A stretch of DNA of 64,000 bases from NCBI RefSeq assembly GCF_009914755.1, contig NC_060940.1; one strand, written 5' to 3'. The notes beneath the pieces were generated by a model, which saw nothing but the letters and a program-made list of their open reading frames with translations, searched no databases and was not told where the DNA came from. How positions within the stretch are numbered: the first letter of the stretch is position 1; every line of letters begins with the position of its first letter. Source of the DNA: the human T2T-CHM13v2.0 reference genome, Homo sapiens. The position numbers and the translations under genes were made by a program. Shown here piece after piece: positions 1 through 19,781 of this stretch.

Positions 1-673
<673 letters not shown>

Positions 674-997
674 GCCTCCCAAAGCACTGGGATTACAGAC
701 GTGAGCCACTGTGGCCAGCCCACTTTCCCACTATTGAAGGTGATATGGAAAAAATAGGTCATTTCTATTCTGTGAAAGAATCAGCAGCACAAGTATGATG
801 ATATTAGGAACTTATTCTCAGCCTGTGGTCAGGGAGACAGACAATAGGGAGTGGTGGGGACTGTGACAAACTGAAGGGCAAGGCCCCATGTAACAGGTGC
901 AGCGGGCACTGTCATGGCCCTGCCCACATCTCCCTCAGCAGCTGCTGCTCCAGGACATGTCAACACTGCACACTGGGCTCGCCATTTGTGACTTTCT

Positions 998-1590
998 ATT
1001 TTGAGATGGTCTCGCTCTGTTGCCCAGGCTGGAGTGCAGTGGTGCCATCATGGCTTACTGCAGCCTCAACTTTCTGGGCTCAGGTGATCCTGCCACCTCA
1101 GTCTCCTGAGTAGCTGGGACTACAGGCGCACTCCACCACACCCAGTTAATTTTTTTTTTTTTTGAGATGGAGTTTCGCTCTTGTTGCCCAGCCTGGAGTG
1201 CAATGGCAGTGCGCGATCTCGGCTCACCGCAACCTCCGCCTCCCAGGTTCAAGTGATTCTCCTGCCTTAGCCTCCAGAGTAGCTGGGATTATAGGCATGT
1301 GCCACCACGCCCAACTAATTTTGTATTTTTAGTAGGGACAGGATTTCTCCATGTTGGTCAGGCTGGTCTCGAACTCCCGACCTCAGGTGATCTGCCCACC
1401 TCGGCCTCCCAAAGTGCTGGGATTATAGGCATGAGCCACTGCACCCAGCCCCAGCCAATTTTTATATGTTTTGCAGAGATGGGGTCTTGCTATGTAGCCC
1501 AGGCTGGTCTTTAACTCCTGGGTTCTAGCCATCCTTCTGCCTCAGCCTCCCAAAGTGCTGGGATTACAGGCATGAGCCACCGCTCCTGGC
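998..1590 (-). mobile_element. Nested Alus: older AluJ-like element interrupted at its middle A-linker by an AluS (~1150-1450)
   Basis: Right arm 998-1147, full Alu with poly-T, then the remaining left arm ending CCTGGCC. Confidence 0.85.
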
Positions 1591-3054
1591 CCACCCATGA
1601 CTTTCTACTTGAAGTTTTCTTCTTGGCCTATGTGCAGAACAGACTGGTATTAACCCCCCTCAGAAGCAGGCCTCCATCAAGGATAGACAGGAGTCAGAAG
1701 GGAACATCCCAGCCCCCTTGCCCCTCAGGAAGCACAACCCACGTTCTACACAGCTCCCCTGAATTCCCCGGCAGGATGCAGCCCCAGGTGCCCACAAGAG
1801 TGGCCGGCTCCCTGACACCTTGTAGTGTGTGTTGATTCTTTCCCTGCCCCGACTCTCTTCCCAACTGCTTGTGCTTCCTGAGATCCCCTCCCTAGTAAAC
1901 CACTGGCACCCAGATCCTAAGATCCTGCTCTCAGAGCTCCGGGGCAATGCAAACTAAGATAAGAAACCAGCTCCTACGTTGCTGCAGCCCATTTCTTCTG
2001 GGTGGGAAGGCAAGACCTTCCCATTTTTTTCAAAAGAAACCAAGATCCAAAGTTTCTCGTGAAACCTTCTGAGGGTTCATTGCCAGCTCAAATTAAACAA
2101 TGCAAAACAAAATGAAACAAAACACGTCTGCAGGCCCGCTCCAGCCCTTGGCCTTCCCAGTTCAGAGCTGTCGGTGGCTGATGAGGGTGGAGGCAGTGGG
2201 GATGTGGTTAGAGAGTGTGTTTGGGGGACCCGCCCTGGCAGCCTGGTGGGGACAGCTCAGAGGAGGTGCCACCATAAGCCAGGCGGCATGGCTTGCTCAT
2301 GAGACCCCAGCTGGAAGCATCTGGACCGCCTGGCGCGGCCACCCTCGGGCTGTCAAGAGACCCAGAGTAAACAGCCTGAACGCTTTCCCAAACACACAGA
2401 CCCCAAGCCGCCTGCGGCCTCCCCCTGCTCCCTGGGTGGGGAGATATCCCAAGACCCCTCTGCCTGCCTGACATCTGAGCTCAGGCCCAGGAAAAACAAA
2501 CCCCGGATGGCTGGAGTGCCCCCGGGAAGAGGCAGCAATCACGGGAGAGCCACTTGCAGACCGCACACTTGTGAACTTCATTTTAATTCTGTGCAGATGG
2601 AGGAGGCTGTCTGTGCAGATTTCCACCTCCCTACACAACCCCCTTCTTTCCTCTTGCAGAGAAAACAAAAACGGTGTCTCTCGAGATTGCTTTTGCACCG
2701 TTTAACAGGGTTATTTAAAGCCATTGCTTTTCTGCTGTCTTTTCAGAATGTAAATTAAGAATACAAGGTGTCGTGAAGGATACTGGAGGGGTAGGTGGTG
2801 ATGTGAAATTTCAGTTCTGTGTGTTTATTGTTCTGAACCACCTAAACCCACCCATGCCTGCTCTAAACTGTGGAATATGCTTAGTGGATGTTAAGTTGGA
2901 GCTACATTCACTGAAGGGAAAGAAATTTCTGAGAACAGACCTTTCATGGGCCTCTGTGAAACAGGTATTTCGTATATCATTAGTTCATTTAATCGTCATC
3001 ATGACCCAATTAGTTGTATAGTTTCATATAATGAATATATATATATATATATAA

Positions 3055-3341
3055 TTTTTTTTTTGAAACAGAGTCTCGCTCTGTCGCCCAGGCTGGTGCA
3101 GTGGCGTGATCTCGGCTCACTGCAAGCTCCGCCTCCTGGGTTCATGTCATTCTTTTGCCTCAGTCAACTGAGTAGCTGGGACTACAGGCGCCCACCACCA
3201 CGCCCGGCTAATTTTTGTATTTTTAGTAGAGACGGGTTTCACTGTGTTAGCCAGGATGGTCTCGATCTCCTGACCTTGTGATCCACCCGCCTCAGCCTCC
3301 CAAAGTGCTGGGATTACAGGCATGAGCCACCGCGCCCGGCC
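3055..3341 (-). mobile_element. AluY-like, preceded by (TA)n
   Basis: CTGCAAGCTCCGCCTCC and GTGTTAGCCAGGATGGTCTCGATCTCC are AluY-type diagnostics. Confidence 0.9.
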
Positions 3342-3460
3342 GAATATATTTTTTAGATAGCAAAGGGAATTTATTTGCTCATATAGTTGGAAAGTCTGTG
3401 GTAAGGACTTCAGGCATGGCTGAATCCAGGAGCACAAATGCCATCATCAAGAATCTCTCA

Positions 3461-4349
<889 letters not shown>

Positions 4350-4797
4350 CTAAACATTTTTGGTGGAAAGAGAATATTTTCCAATAGTTCCAGCTAAACT
4401 CCCACGGTTGAATCTCACTGGTCCGGTGTGGGTCACGTGCCCATCCTCTGGTCAATCTCTATGGTTACAGCAATAGAATTCATGATAACAAGCCCCTCCC
4501 TGGAGTCTGAGACTGTCAGCCTCACTAGAATAGAAATGGAAATAGGTAGTTACTATCCTCAGAAGGAGCCCTAGATGCTGACATTCAAAAATAACAAATG
4601 CCTACCACAGTGGGGCATGTGAGAAGAATAGGTGAGTTCTATGACATCTTGCACAGCGAGGCTGCCGTGACAGTTGCACAGGTTGTGCACTGCACATCTC
4701 TACAGGGTCTCCATTTATATTCACTATCACCCTATGTTTACAGATTTATCATGATAAATTTCCAACAGACTGCAGTTAAACATCTTCAGGAAGGGAA

Positions 4798-5150
4798 GTG
4801 TGATCGACTGAAAATGAAAAACATGGTCGCAGTATTTTGCAACTCTTCCTGTCAAGAGGTAGAGTCTATTTCCTTACCCCTCAAATCTGGGTGGCCTCGA
4901 GACTTGCTTTGACCAATAGAATATGGTAGAAGTGACTCTACAAATTTTGAGGCTAAGACTTAAGAGGCTTAGTTTCCACTCTGACCCTCCTGGCGTGCTG
5001 CCTGAGACTGCCCGATAAGACTACCCCATAAGAAGGCAAACAGCCCCCAGGAGGGTGAGAGGTCACGTGAAGGAGACCCAAGGTGCCCCAACCAACCAGC
5101 TCTGGACTGGAGGACCCAGGAAGGTGAGACAAACTGCTGGGTGAACTGTG
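4798..5150 (+). mobile_element. MLT1-family MaLR LTR fragment
   Basis: ACTCTTCCTGTCAAGAGGTAGAGTCTATTTCC...GACTTGCTTTGACCAATAGAAT matches MLT1F/G/H-type 5' region. Confidence 0.65.
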
Positions 5151-5308
5151 CTGTGCCAACTCATTGAAGCTGAGAACTCAATTTCCCAGAATTTCCTCCC
5201 CATGTGGTTCTGGTTAGAGATGACCAAAAGAGGAACATGAGTGAAATTTGGAGAGTGGAGACAAAGCAGTGGCCGTGACTCTCTGAAGGTCACTGTGGTC
5301 CGGTGTGA

Positions 5309-5643
<335 letters not shown>

Positions 5644-5644
5644 C

Positions 5645-5711
5645 CAGATAAATTACTTGCACCCAAATTTCTGTCTCAGCATCAGCCTCTGGGGGAACCA
5701 AGTCTAAGACA
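5645..5711 (+). mobile_element. LTR16-like (ERVL) 3' end
   Basis: AAATTACTTGCACCCAAAT...GGGGGAACCAAGTCTAAGACA resembles the LTR16 terminus. Confidence 0.5.
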
Positions 5712-6202
5712 GGCTTCTTAAGAAACCCTGAGTTCCCCTAGGTTGTGTGCTGAAGGAATGCAGTGACAGAAATCAGAGCAGAAAGAGATCAACCTTCCCT
5801 TTTAATCTTTCATTTATTCATTCATTTTACAGTCAGTGAGTCCCTGCTGTGTGCCCGCGCTGGAGACAGAAAGAGCCCAGAACTTGGAGTCAGCCAGGCT
5901 AGTTCTAACTCCAGCCCTGAGACACAGACAAGTCCCCCTAAGCTCTTGGAGCCTCATCTGATCCTCACAATGGTCCTACGAGGCAGAAAACCTCATGACC
6001 CCAGTGCCCATGAGGAAATGGAAGCACAGAGAGGTTGGGTGACCTGCCTAAGGCCACACAGCTGAACAGTGGCAGAACCAGGATTTGAACCTGGGAGTCA
6101 ATTCCAGATCCCATGCGCTTAGTAAATTTCTCAGGAGTTCCAGAGACTGGGCTGATTGATGAAAGTTCCAGAATTTAGGACTTGTTCCAATAAATGGTAT
6201 GA

Positions 6203-8113
<1,911 letters not shown>

Positions 8114-8574
8114 CAAGGCCTGTAATTCTCCATTGGCCCAAGACAAGCACAGTCCTGCAGAACACAAAGACACATTTGCTCCTTGAAAGATTCACAGGAA
8201 GGGAAAAATATTTCCCATTCTGTGGTAATGAATCAATACCCAAATAAGACCTGGTTCGTTTCTCAAGCAGGTAATCCTGCCCAACAGCCATGACTCATCC
8301 CAGCCCCAACCAGCCCTGAGGTTGGTGTGGCCCCAGATAACTCGCTAAACTTGGGGCCGCCCCAGATTTTCCATGTTTGCGTGTCTCCTCTCCTTTCTCT
8401 TCCAGCTAAGAGTCCTGGGAACTCTTTCTAGAGTTCCAAGTAAACGCTTTGCAGAACGCCCAACCCAGATCAACACCCAGTAGATGCTCTCAGAGCACAA
8501 GGAGACATCCGGAGATCTTGCTTTTACCGAAAGTATCCAATGAAAGGGAAAAAACAAAGTTGGTCTTGACCCTT

Positions 8575-9190
<616 letters not shown>

Positions 9191-10651
9191 TGCCCCCTCT
9201 TACCAAGTGCTGGGATGGCACCCAGGACCTCAGCAGCAAAGGGAGCCTAACAGGCATCAGATGAGGAAGGCTCAGAAGGCTGAGCGCAGGGAAGGAGCCT
9301 CTGTCCGCAGGACACCGAGGACTTTGGGGAAGGCACTCAGCCGGGAAGTCAGACATGACCTCATCCTAGTTGAGGTTCCGTAGAAGCAGAGCCTGTGATG
9401 GAGATGTGGGTGCATGTGGTTTTCTAGAAGTGAGGGTTCTCAGAAGAGGGGAGTAAGGAGACAAGGTGCAGGAGGAAGAACAGCAGACAGGTCCCAGCTG
9501 GAGGCCTGATCCCAAGGCAGGCCTGAAGTAAGAGTTTTCTGAGTCAGTCCCACCAGGAGGCAAGGGGGCCCTGCTGAGGACCTGTCCTCGGCCAGTCGGT
9601 CCTTCTGGGGTCCCTCTGGGCTGCCAAGAAGGGTGGGTGAGGGGTGGGAAACACAGCTGTGAGCAGTCAGCGGCCACACTCGAAGCAGCCGGCTCCTTCC
9701 TTCCTCTTCTTGGCTGCACACCTGCTTTTGGGGAAGGAGCTCATGGACTGGTTGCAGCTGGGGTGGGAAGAATTAAACAGACACTGCTGAGCTCAGTGCT
9801 TGAGGGCCCAGGGCTTCGGAGGCAGAGGCAGCCAGTTTCGAATCATGATTCTGGGTTGACTCAAGTCTCCAGCGTGGAGCTCCAGGGGCGCGCAGCTCAT
9901 GGAGTGCGGTACGGATTAACAAGGCCATGTGGTAGGCGCTCTTCCCCCCACAGCCTGGCGCATGGCAAGTGCTCAACAAATCATGGCTCTGCAAACATCT
10001 CCAAGTGTCACAGGCCTGGCTGCTACGGTGGGAGATTTAACATCAGTCGCCAGGTGTTGGGGAGGGAAGAGAAGGAGTTCGGGTGCCTTCCTGGACTCAT
10101 TCCAGCACCCACAGGTGCTCAGCGCACTTCTATCTGGGTCAGGTTTTGCTCCTTCTCATCAAGTGCAAGGCGGGCACACAGGACCCCGGAAGAACGGAGG
10201 TCATGGGAGTCCAGATAGGAACCAGACCCCTGGCGTTGGGGGGGCTCCAAACCTCTGTGTTTGGGAGTCCTGGCTTCCCCAACTTCCCCTCCTAGCCTCA
10301 GCCCCTATGGATGGAAAAGTACCCCCAGCTGGCATGACTGATCGATTGGTTTGGGGCACAAAGCTGGGTCCTCTCTGAGGAGCAACTTGGCAGGAGGTGC
10401 CCGCAGTCTGGCCTTGGCCACAGTGCTACTTTGAAACTGCTTTAAACTCGCCAATGATGTCCTAAAGCCCTGATGACAAATCCCAGCCTCCCGCAGGCCC
10501 TGCTCTGGCGGGGACACCTCTTGGGCCTCATTGCAAACCACACAACCCTCCTCCTGTGCCCCGCCTGCTCCAGGCACACAGGAGTCCCTGTTGCTCCACA
10601 GCTTCAGGTCTCTCTGGCGGCAGTGCCTTCCCCTACCTGCCCCTGGCCAAC

Positions 10652-10977
10652 TTTTTTTTTTTTTTTTTTTTGGTGGTGAGACAGGGTCTCATTCTGTCAC
10701 CTAGGCTGGAGTGCAGTGGTGAGATCAAAGCTCACTGCAGCCTCAAACTCCTGGGCTCAAACAATCCTCCCACCTCAGCTTCCTAGATAGCTGGGACTAC
10801 AGGCACCCACCACCACGTCCAGATAATGTTTTTATTTTATTTTTTTTCTAGAGACAGGGGTCGGGGTGGTCTCACTATGTTGGCCAGGCTGGTCTTGAAC
10901 TCCTGGCCTCAAAATGATCCTCCCGCCTCAGCCTCCCAAAGTGCTAAGATCACAGGCATGGGCCACGGTGCCCGGCC
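10652..10977 (-). mobile_element. AluJ-like
   Basis: Alu consensus with poly-T. Confidence 0.9.
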
Positions 10978-11261
10978 TGCCATTACCTTTGATGCATGGA
11001 CAAGAGGTAGCCTCCCATGCATAGCAGTAGCCACGATAACAGCAGTCATTTCTGTTTGCACCCAACTCATCTAAGCACTGTCTGCTTATTTTTGATATTA
11101 TTTTCCCTGTTTACATTTGCAGAAACCGAGGCTTAACAAGGTTAAAGTCACCTGCCCATAGCGTGTGGTGGACTTGGGATTTGGACTCAGGGCTGCAGAA
11201 AATAAATAACCAGGTCGCCATGGGGTAAGTGCACTGCAGGAGAAGCTGCTTACAAGTGAGC

Positions 11262-12345
11262 TATCGGTGTCCTGTGGCTGCAATTATCACATCACCACAA
11301 ACTGAGGCGCTTAAAACAGCAATGTATTCTCTGTTCTAGAGTCTAAAAGCTTGAAATCAAAATGTCATCAGGACCACCTCCCCCTGGAGGATCTAGGGAG
11401 GGTCCTCTCTTGCTTCTTTCAGCTTCTGGTGGCTCCAGGCATCCCGGGGCTGGGGGCTGCAACACTCTGCACATGGCTTTTTGTTGTTGTTGTTGAGACA
11501 GGGTCTCACTCTGTTGCCCAGGCTGGAGTGCAGTGGCGTGAACATAGCTCACTACAGCCACAACCTCCCGAGCTTAGGTGATCCTCAGCCTTCTAAGTAG
11601 CCAGGACTACAGGCACATGCCACACAGCTGGCTAAGTTTTTCATATTTTTGGTAGAGACAGGGTTTCACTACGTTGCCCAGTCTGGTCGCGAATTCCTGG
11701 GCTCAAAGGATTCACCCTCCTCAACCTCCCAAAGTGCTGGGATTACAGGCGTGAGCCATGGTGCCCAGTCACCACACGGACGCCTTCTCTCCGGTGTCTG
11801 TGGCTTCAAGCTCCATGTCTTGCTTACACAGACACCCGTCATTGGGTTTAGAACCCACCCTAAATCCAGGATGATCTCATCTCGAGATTCTTAACTTGAT
11901 GACATCTGCAAAGACCCTATTTTCTTTTCTTTTCTTTTTTTTTTTTTTTGAGACGGAGTCTTGCTCTGTCTACAGGCTGGAGTGCAACAGCACAATCTCA
12001 GCTCACTGCAATCTCTGCCTCCCTGCAATCTCTGCCTCCCTGCTTCAAGCTATTCTCCTGCCTCAGCCTCCTGAGTAGCTGGGATTACAGGTGTGCGCCA
12101 CCACGCCCGGCTAATTTTTTTGTCTTTTTAGTAGAGACGGGGTTTCACCGTGTTAACCAGGATGGTCTTGATCTCCTGACCTCGTGATCCACCCGCCTCG
12201 GCCTCCCAAAGTGCTGGGATTACAGGCGTGAGCCACTGCGCCCGGCCTCGCAAAGAACCTATTTTCAAATCAGGTCACCTTCACAAGTGCTGGGAGTTAC
12301 GTCGTGGACGTGTCTTTCGGGGAGGGGTCATTATCAAGTAACTAC
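11262..12345 (-). mobile_element. MLT1B/C-like MaLR LTR split by two Alus (~11477-11769, ~11920-12247)
   Basis: CACCACAAACT...CTTAAAACA...TTCTAGAG...CTTCTGGTGGCTCCAGGCATCC...CACCCTAAATCCAGGATGATCTCATCTCGAGAT...ACATCTGCAAAGACCCTATTT. Confidence 0.75.
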
Positions 12346-13417
12346 AGCTGCCGTGGGGAACAGGATTAGGCAATCCGCTGGCCCCTCCCCACATGGACTG
12401 AGAAAGGTGAGGACGACTGGCTCAACCCTGGAGAGAAGGTGAAGGAGGCACCGAGATGACAGAGACAGGGAGAGGGACAGAGACAGGGAGAGGGACAGAG
12501 AGGGCTACTATGCTCCACTGTCTGCTGGAAACCCTGTTGACAAAGGAGGAAGCAACCCAGGGAAGCTCCCGCAGGTCCCAGCTCAGAACTAACAGCTACC
12601 CCTGACTCTGCGGGCCCAGAGCAGATCACTGCCAGCCGGCCCCTGTGGGCTCTTTGGCCTGCGCTCCCTGGCACGTGGGATCCCTTGGCCCCATCTGGAG
12701 GAAGCCCCACCGAGCCAGAGCCAGGGGAAGAACTGATGGCTGGACCCCAGGCCCAAGGCAGATGCCACCCAGGCCCTTCTTTCGGTTCTGCAAATGCCAC
12801 TGGCTCTGCTGGCTCTGAGCGCAGAGTCCAGCCCCCATGCACATGACTATGTGGTGCCCTCAGCCCCCGCACGGGTCAGAGTTTTCCGTGTGCCGCCTCC
12901 TCGTCCTTCTTCTTCTGCCGAATGCCTGGAATTCCACAGGAATTTCCACAGAGGCCCACCCCACTCTGAGCCTCCTAGTGAAGGAAACAAAGGCCAGCTC
13001 TGAGGCCCGGGGCTGGGAGGGCTGAGCTGGCAGCCACTCCAGAGATTTGCTGTCTTAGATAGGAAAGGACGGCCTGGGATCCTGCACCCATGATACCCTC
13101 TTGGAGGCCCTACTTTGGGGCCTGGGAAAGGAGGTCTCTCTAGCCCCGTCACCCCTGCATACACATAAGTGCATCCCCCAACACACGTGCACACAGGAAC
13201 CAGACACATCACGCTGGAGGCAAGATGGGTAGACATATTCCCAGGGGTGCACCCATCCACACGGACCTGGGGCAGCCCAGGGCCACCTGAACAGGGAAGT
13301 GGCCCAGCCTGAGTATTGCCTTGGAGCAAGCCAGCCAGGGCTCCAATCTCAGCTCTGCAACCTCAGGCAAGTTACTCAACCTCTCTGTGCCTCCCTCACC
13401 TCATTTGCAAATAGTAG

Positions 13418-13967
13418 TGTCAGAGGGGTTTGAACCAGAGCAACTCCATCTTGAATAGGGGCTGGGTAAAATGAGGCTGAAACCTACTGGGCTGCATTTC
13501 CAGACTGTTAGGCATTCTAAGTCACGGGATGAGATAAAAGGTCAACACAAGATACAGATCTAAATACTTTGCTGATAAAATAGGTTGCAGTAAAGACGCC
13601 GGCCAAAACTCACCAAAACCAAGACGGCGACGAGGGCGAACTCTGGTCTTCCTCACTGCTACACTCCCACCAGCACCATGACAGTTTACAAATGTCATGG
13701 CAACGTCAGGAAGTTACCCTAGATGGTCCAAAAAGGGGAGGCATGAATAATCCACCCCTCATTCAGCATATAGTCAAGAAATAACCTTAAAAATGGGCGA
13801 CCAGCAGTCCTCACATGGGGCTGCTCTGTCTAAGGAGTGGCCATTCTTTATTCCTTTTCTTTCCTAATAAACTTGCTTTCACTTTACGGACTTGCCCTGA
13901 ATTCTTTCTTGCACGAGACCCAAGAACCCTCTCTTGGAGTCTGGATCGGGACCCCTTTCTGGTAACA
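13418..13967 (+). mobile_element. MER41A solo LTR (ERV1), complete, inserted in a MIR
   Basis: TGTCAGAGG...GGACCCCTTTCTGGTAACA, 550 bp, perfect 4-bp TSD GTAG (13414-13417 and 13968-13971). Lacks the GAS-containing segment of MER41B at ~13741. Confidence 0.9.
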
Positions 13968-14235
13968 GTAGTACCCACCTGAAAGGGTTGCTGTGAGGAT
14001 TAACTGAATTGATGCATGGATAGCACCCAAACCCTGGAACATAGGAAGTGCCACATATATGTTTGCTGTGATTAGTGGCATCACACACGCAGACATGTGT
14101 AAGGCCACTTAGCAATACACAGACACATGCAGAGGGACATACAGAACCTCAACAACTCACATGCAAATGGACACACAGACATGAATACACATGTGCAGAG
14201 ACTCATATGGGCACTTATACACACATGCACACAGG

Positions 14236-15285
<1,050 letters not shown>

Positions 15286-16281
15286 CGGATACACAAATGC
15301 ACATTCAGAGCATAAAGACAGATGCACCCACAGTGATTGTGCAAACGCTTGCATAGACACACACGCATGCACGCATGTAGATACCAATCAACGCTGGGGC
15401 GATGTCTGCAACCAGCCCTCCAGCCAGAGCCAACCCCTGTACTGGTTCATGATGGTTCCAGTGCTTCCTCTCCCTCTCCCCTCCCTTATGCCCTCCACCC
15501 TGGCTCACCTTTGTCCAGGACACACCTGGGAGTGGCCATGGGGACAAGAAGCCTTCCACGTCCTTCAACAGGCTCCTTTGTCACCTCTCGGGTTATAATA
15601 CACCAGCTCACACACAGGCCAGTTTCTGTCCGCCTGACTGCAGATATCCCCAAAGTGCCCACTTCAAGGAGGAAATGAGACCCTGGGCCGCAGTAGCCTC
15701 TGACCCCATATTTGTCTCTCTGACCAAGGGGAAGAAAAATGCCCAAACTGCAACAGCTCCCACCTGTCTCCCTTCCTCTGGGCCAGTGTCCCCACAGGGA
15801 CCCTTTTTGTCAACGGCGCCTCAGCCCAGACCATGTGGATTAAAAGCTTTCCTCTGTGGGACATACGGAGCATTTCTGAGCCACACTCCCAGTACCTTTT
15901 TGACTCCTCGAAGACCTGTGTCGCAGGTGGCAGGGTTCCACACCTACACGGGCACATGGGGCCAGACTCGGGCTCTGGGTAGCACAAAGACACGGGGTAT
16001 TTACAGGAGATGTGGCTGGAGGGTCTGGAAGAACAAAACACTAGGGTCATCACAGGCTGGGTTATTTTTCCTCCCCAAGGCTCAGTCTGCTCATCTGTAA
16101 AAGGGGGTGAGAAGAACCGCCATCTGTACTGGGCACGAACATTGTGTGGGGCTACCCAGGCTCTGAGCTCCATCCCAAGCATGGAGAAATTTCCCTCCTT
16201 AGAAGGCTTGCAATTCTCCAGCCTCCTCGGAGCCGGGCTGGGGCAATCAGGTGTGCTTGCTCCAGATGGAATGGGTGCTAG

Positions 16282-17294
<1,013 letters not shown>

Positions 17295-17682
17295 CCAGCA
17301 CCACAGAGAAGTGGAGAAGGGGCCTCACAGTAGGTGGCAGGAACGCCCATCTCTTTGGGTCAGTGTGGCTGCCTTGGGTCCAGGCTTGCAGCCTGGGAAT
17401 GGAGCCACAGTAGAGTGGTCCAGTTCTGGGCATTCATTGGTGGCTCACTCTCTATCCCATCTTCAGTGCTGGGGCAGAACTACTCAGTCCTCTTTCTGTA
17501 AATTCTTCTTCTGCTTACATCAGCCAAGTCTGTTTCTGCTGCTGGCAGCTGGGGACCTGGGCTCACCTATGGCCTGGTAAAACTGCCGTGAGGAGCAAAT
17601 GAAACAATCCACCAAGGACTCAGCACAGTGCCTGCCCATGAGGGGCACACAGCACGTGCACAAGCCTGCTATTCACAGCATA

Positions 17683-17968
17683 GGCTGCACGCAGCGGCTC
17701 ACGCCTATATTCCCAGCTGAGGTGGGAGGATCACTTGAGCCCAGGAGTTCAAGACCAGCCTAGGCAACATAAGGAGCTCCTGTCTCCACAAAAAATTTAA
17801 AAATTAGCCAGGCATGCCGGTGGTGCCTGTAGTCCCAGCTACTCCAGAGGCTGAGGTGGGAGCATCACTTGGCCCTAGGAGTTTGAGGCTTCAATGAGCC
17901 ATGATTGTGCCACTGCATGCTAGTCTGGGTGACAGAGTGAGAACCTTCCTCAAAAAAAAAAAAAAAAA
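17683..17968 (+). mobile_element. AluJ-like
   Basis: Alu consensus with A-tail. Confidence 0.85.
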
Positions 17969-17969
17969 C

Positions 17970-18216
17970 TATATATATATATATCTATATCTATATCTAT
18001 ATCTATATCTATATATCTATATATATCTATATATATCTATATATCTATATATATCTATATATATCTATATATATCTATATATATCTATATATATCTATAT
18101 ATCTATATATATCTATATATATATCTATATATATATCTATATATATATCTATATCTATCTATCTATCTATATATATATATCTATCTATATAGATAGATAG
18201 ATAGATAGATAGATAT
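17970..18216. repeat. Compound (TA)n/(TATC)n/(GATA)n microsatellite
   Basis: Directly visible, grown from an Alu tail. Confidence 0.95.
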
Positions 18217-18492
18217 GATTAGCCCAGCTCTGTCACCTGCCAGCCAGGAACCTGAGTACATCACATCACCTCCTGGCCTCAGTTTTCTCAACTGTAAGAT
18301 GGGAACAGTAATAGTCCACTTCCCCATAGGTTTGGGGTGATGATTAAATGAGATAATGCACATAACAAGTGCTCAGTATTTCCCACTGATGATAGTGCTT
18401 GCCTTCACATGGTAACAGCATGATTTCTTTGAGTTTTATGAAATAAGAACTGAGTAGGTGTCCTCAAACTCAGAGGGAAAAAATACATTGGA

Positions 18493-18814
<322 letters not shown>

Positions 18815-19095
18815 CTGGAAATTTAGCATCTAACTTTAATTCCTAATGGAGCAATTCTCATGTTAATATTAGTAGATTTCCAATAGGAATCACAGGTATT
18901 TTTAATTCCACAATCTCATTTTAGATATACATAGCTGGCTACCTTTTTAACCTGTGTATTTTTTTTTTTGCATTGAAAAAATATTCTGGATAGTAAACTT
19001 TAGTTATTTAAACGCGTAACAAATTGTTCAAGGAAATGGGTACTGACGTCAACAACTTATTGTGAAATGCATCCAAAAAGTAAGATGTGTAGAGT

Positions 19096-19575
19096 GATGG
19101 ATGCATGGGTGAATGGTTAGGTAGAGAGAGGGATAGAGGGATGGATGGATGGATGAGTAAACAAATGGGTAGAGGTTAGAGGGATGGTTAGAGGGAGACA
19201 GGAATGGATGCATAGATGGTCAGAGGTAGGGATGGATGGATGAATAAATGGATGGGTAGATGTATGGATGGGTAGATGGATGAATGGTTAGAGGGAGAGA
19301 GGGATGGATGGATAAATGGTTAGAGGGAGGGATGGATGGATGGATAAATGGATGGATGGGTGGTTAGAGAGTGGGAGGGATAGATGGGGCATGGATAGAT
19401 GGGTAGACGAATGAATGATTAGTGGGGGGAAGAATAAATGGGTGAGTGGTGGATGCATGGGTGGATAGATGGGTGGATGGATGGTTAGAAGGAGGGAGGG
19501 ATGGATGGGTGGGTGGGATGCATGGATGGGTGGGTGGATGGATGGATGGATGAATGGATGGATAGATGGATGGAC
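19096..19575. repeat. Degenerate (GGAT)n simple repeat
   Basis: GGATGGATGGAT runs interspersed with GGTTAGAGGG units. Confidence 0.9.
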
Positions 19576-19781
19576 AAATAGGACAAAATGTTATCTGGGT
19601 GATGTATACATAGGTATTCCCCGTATAGTTCTTTCAACTTTTCTTTATATTTGGACATTTTTACAATAAAACTTTGGAAGAAAGATTTTTTTAAAAAAAA
19701 GAAAAAAGAATGAAACAGAGAGAAAAGGACATCCAAAGTCTGGGCAAAGAAAAAAGATTCATCTTTAAAATAATCTTTTTA

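Noticed and set aside
12006-12039. 17-nt tandem duplication CTGCAATCTCTGCCTCC inside an Alu
   Set aside because: Ordinary slippage duplication with no functional implication
12459-12505. Short GACAGAGACAGGG(G)AGAGG tandem repeat
   Set aside because: About 2.5 copies of a purine-rich minisatellite; no unique spacers and not CRISPR-like
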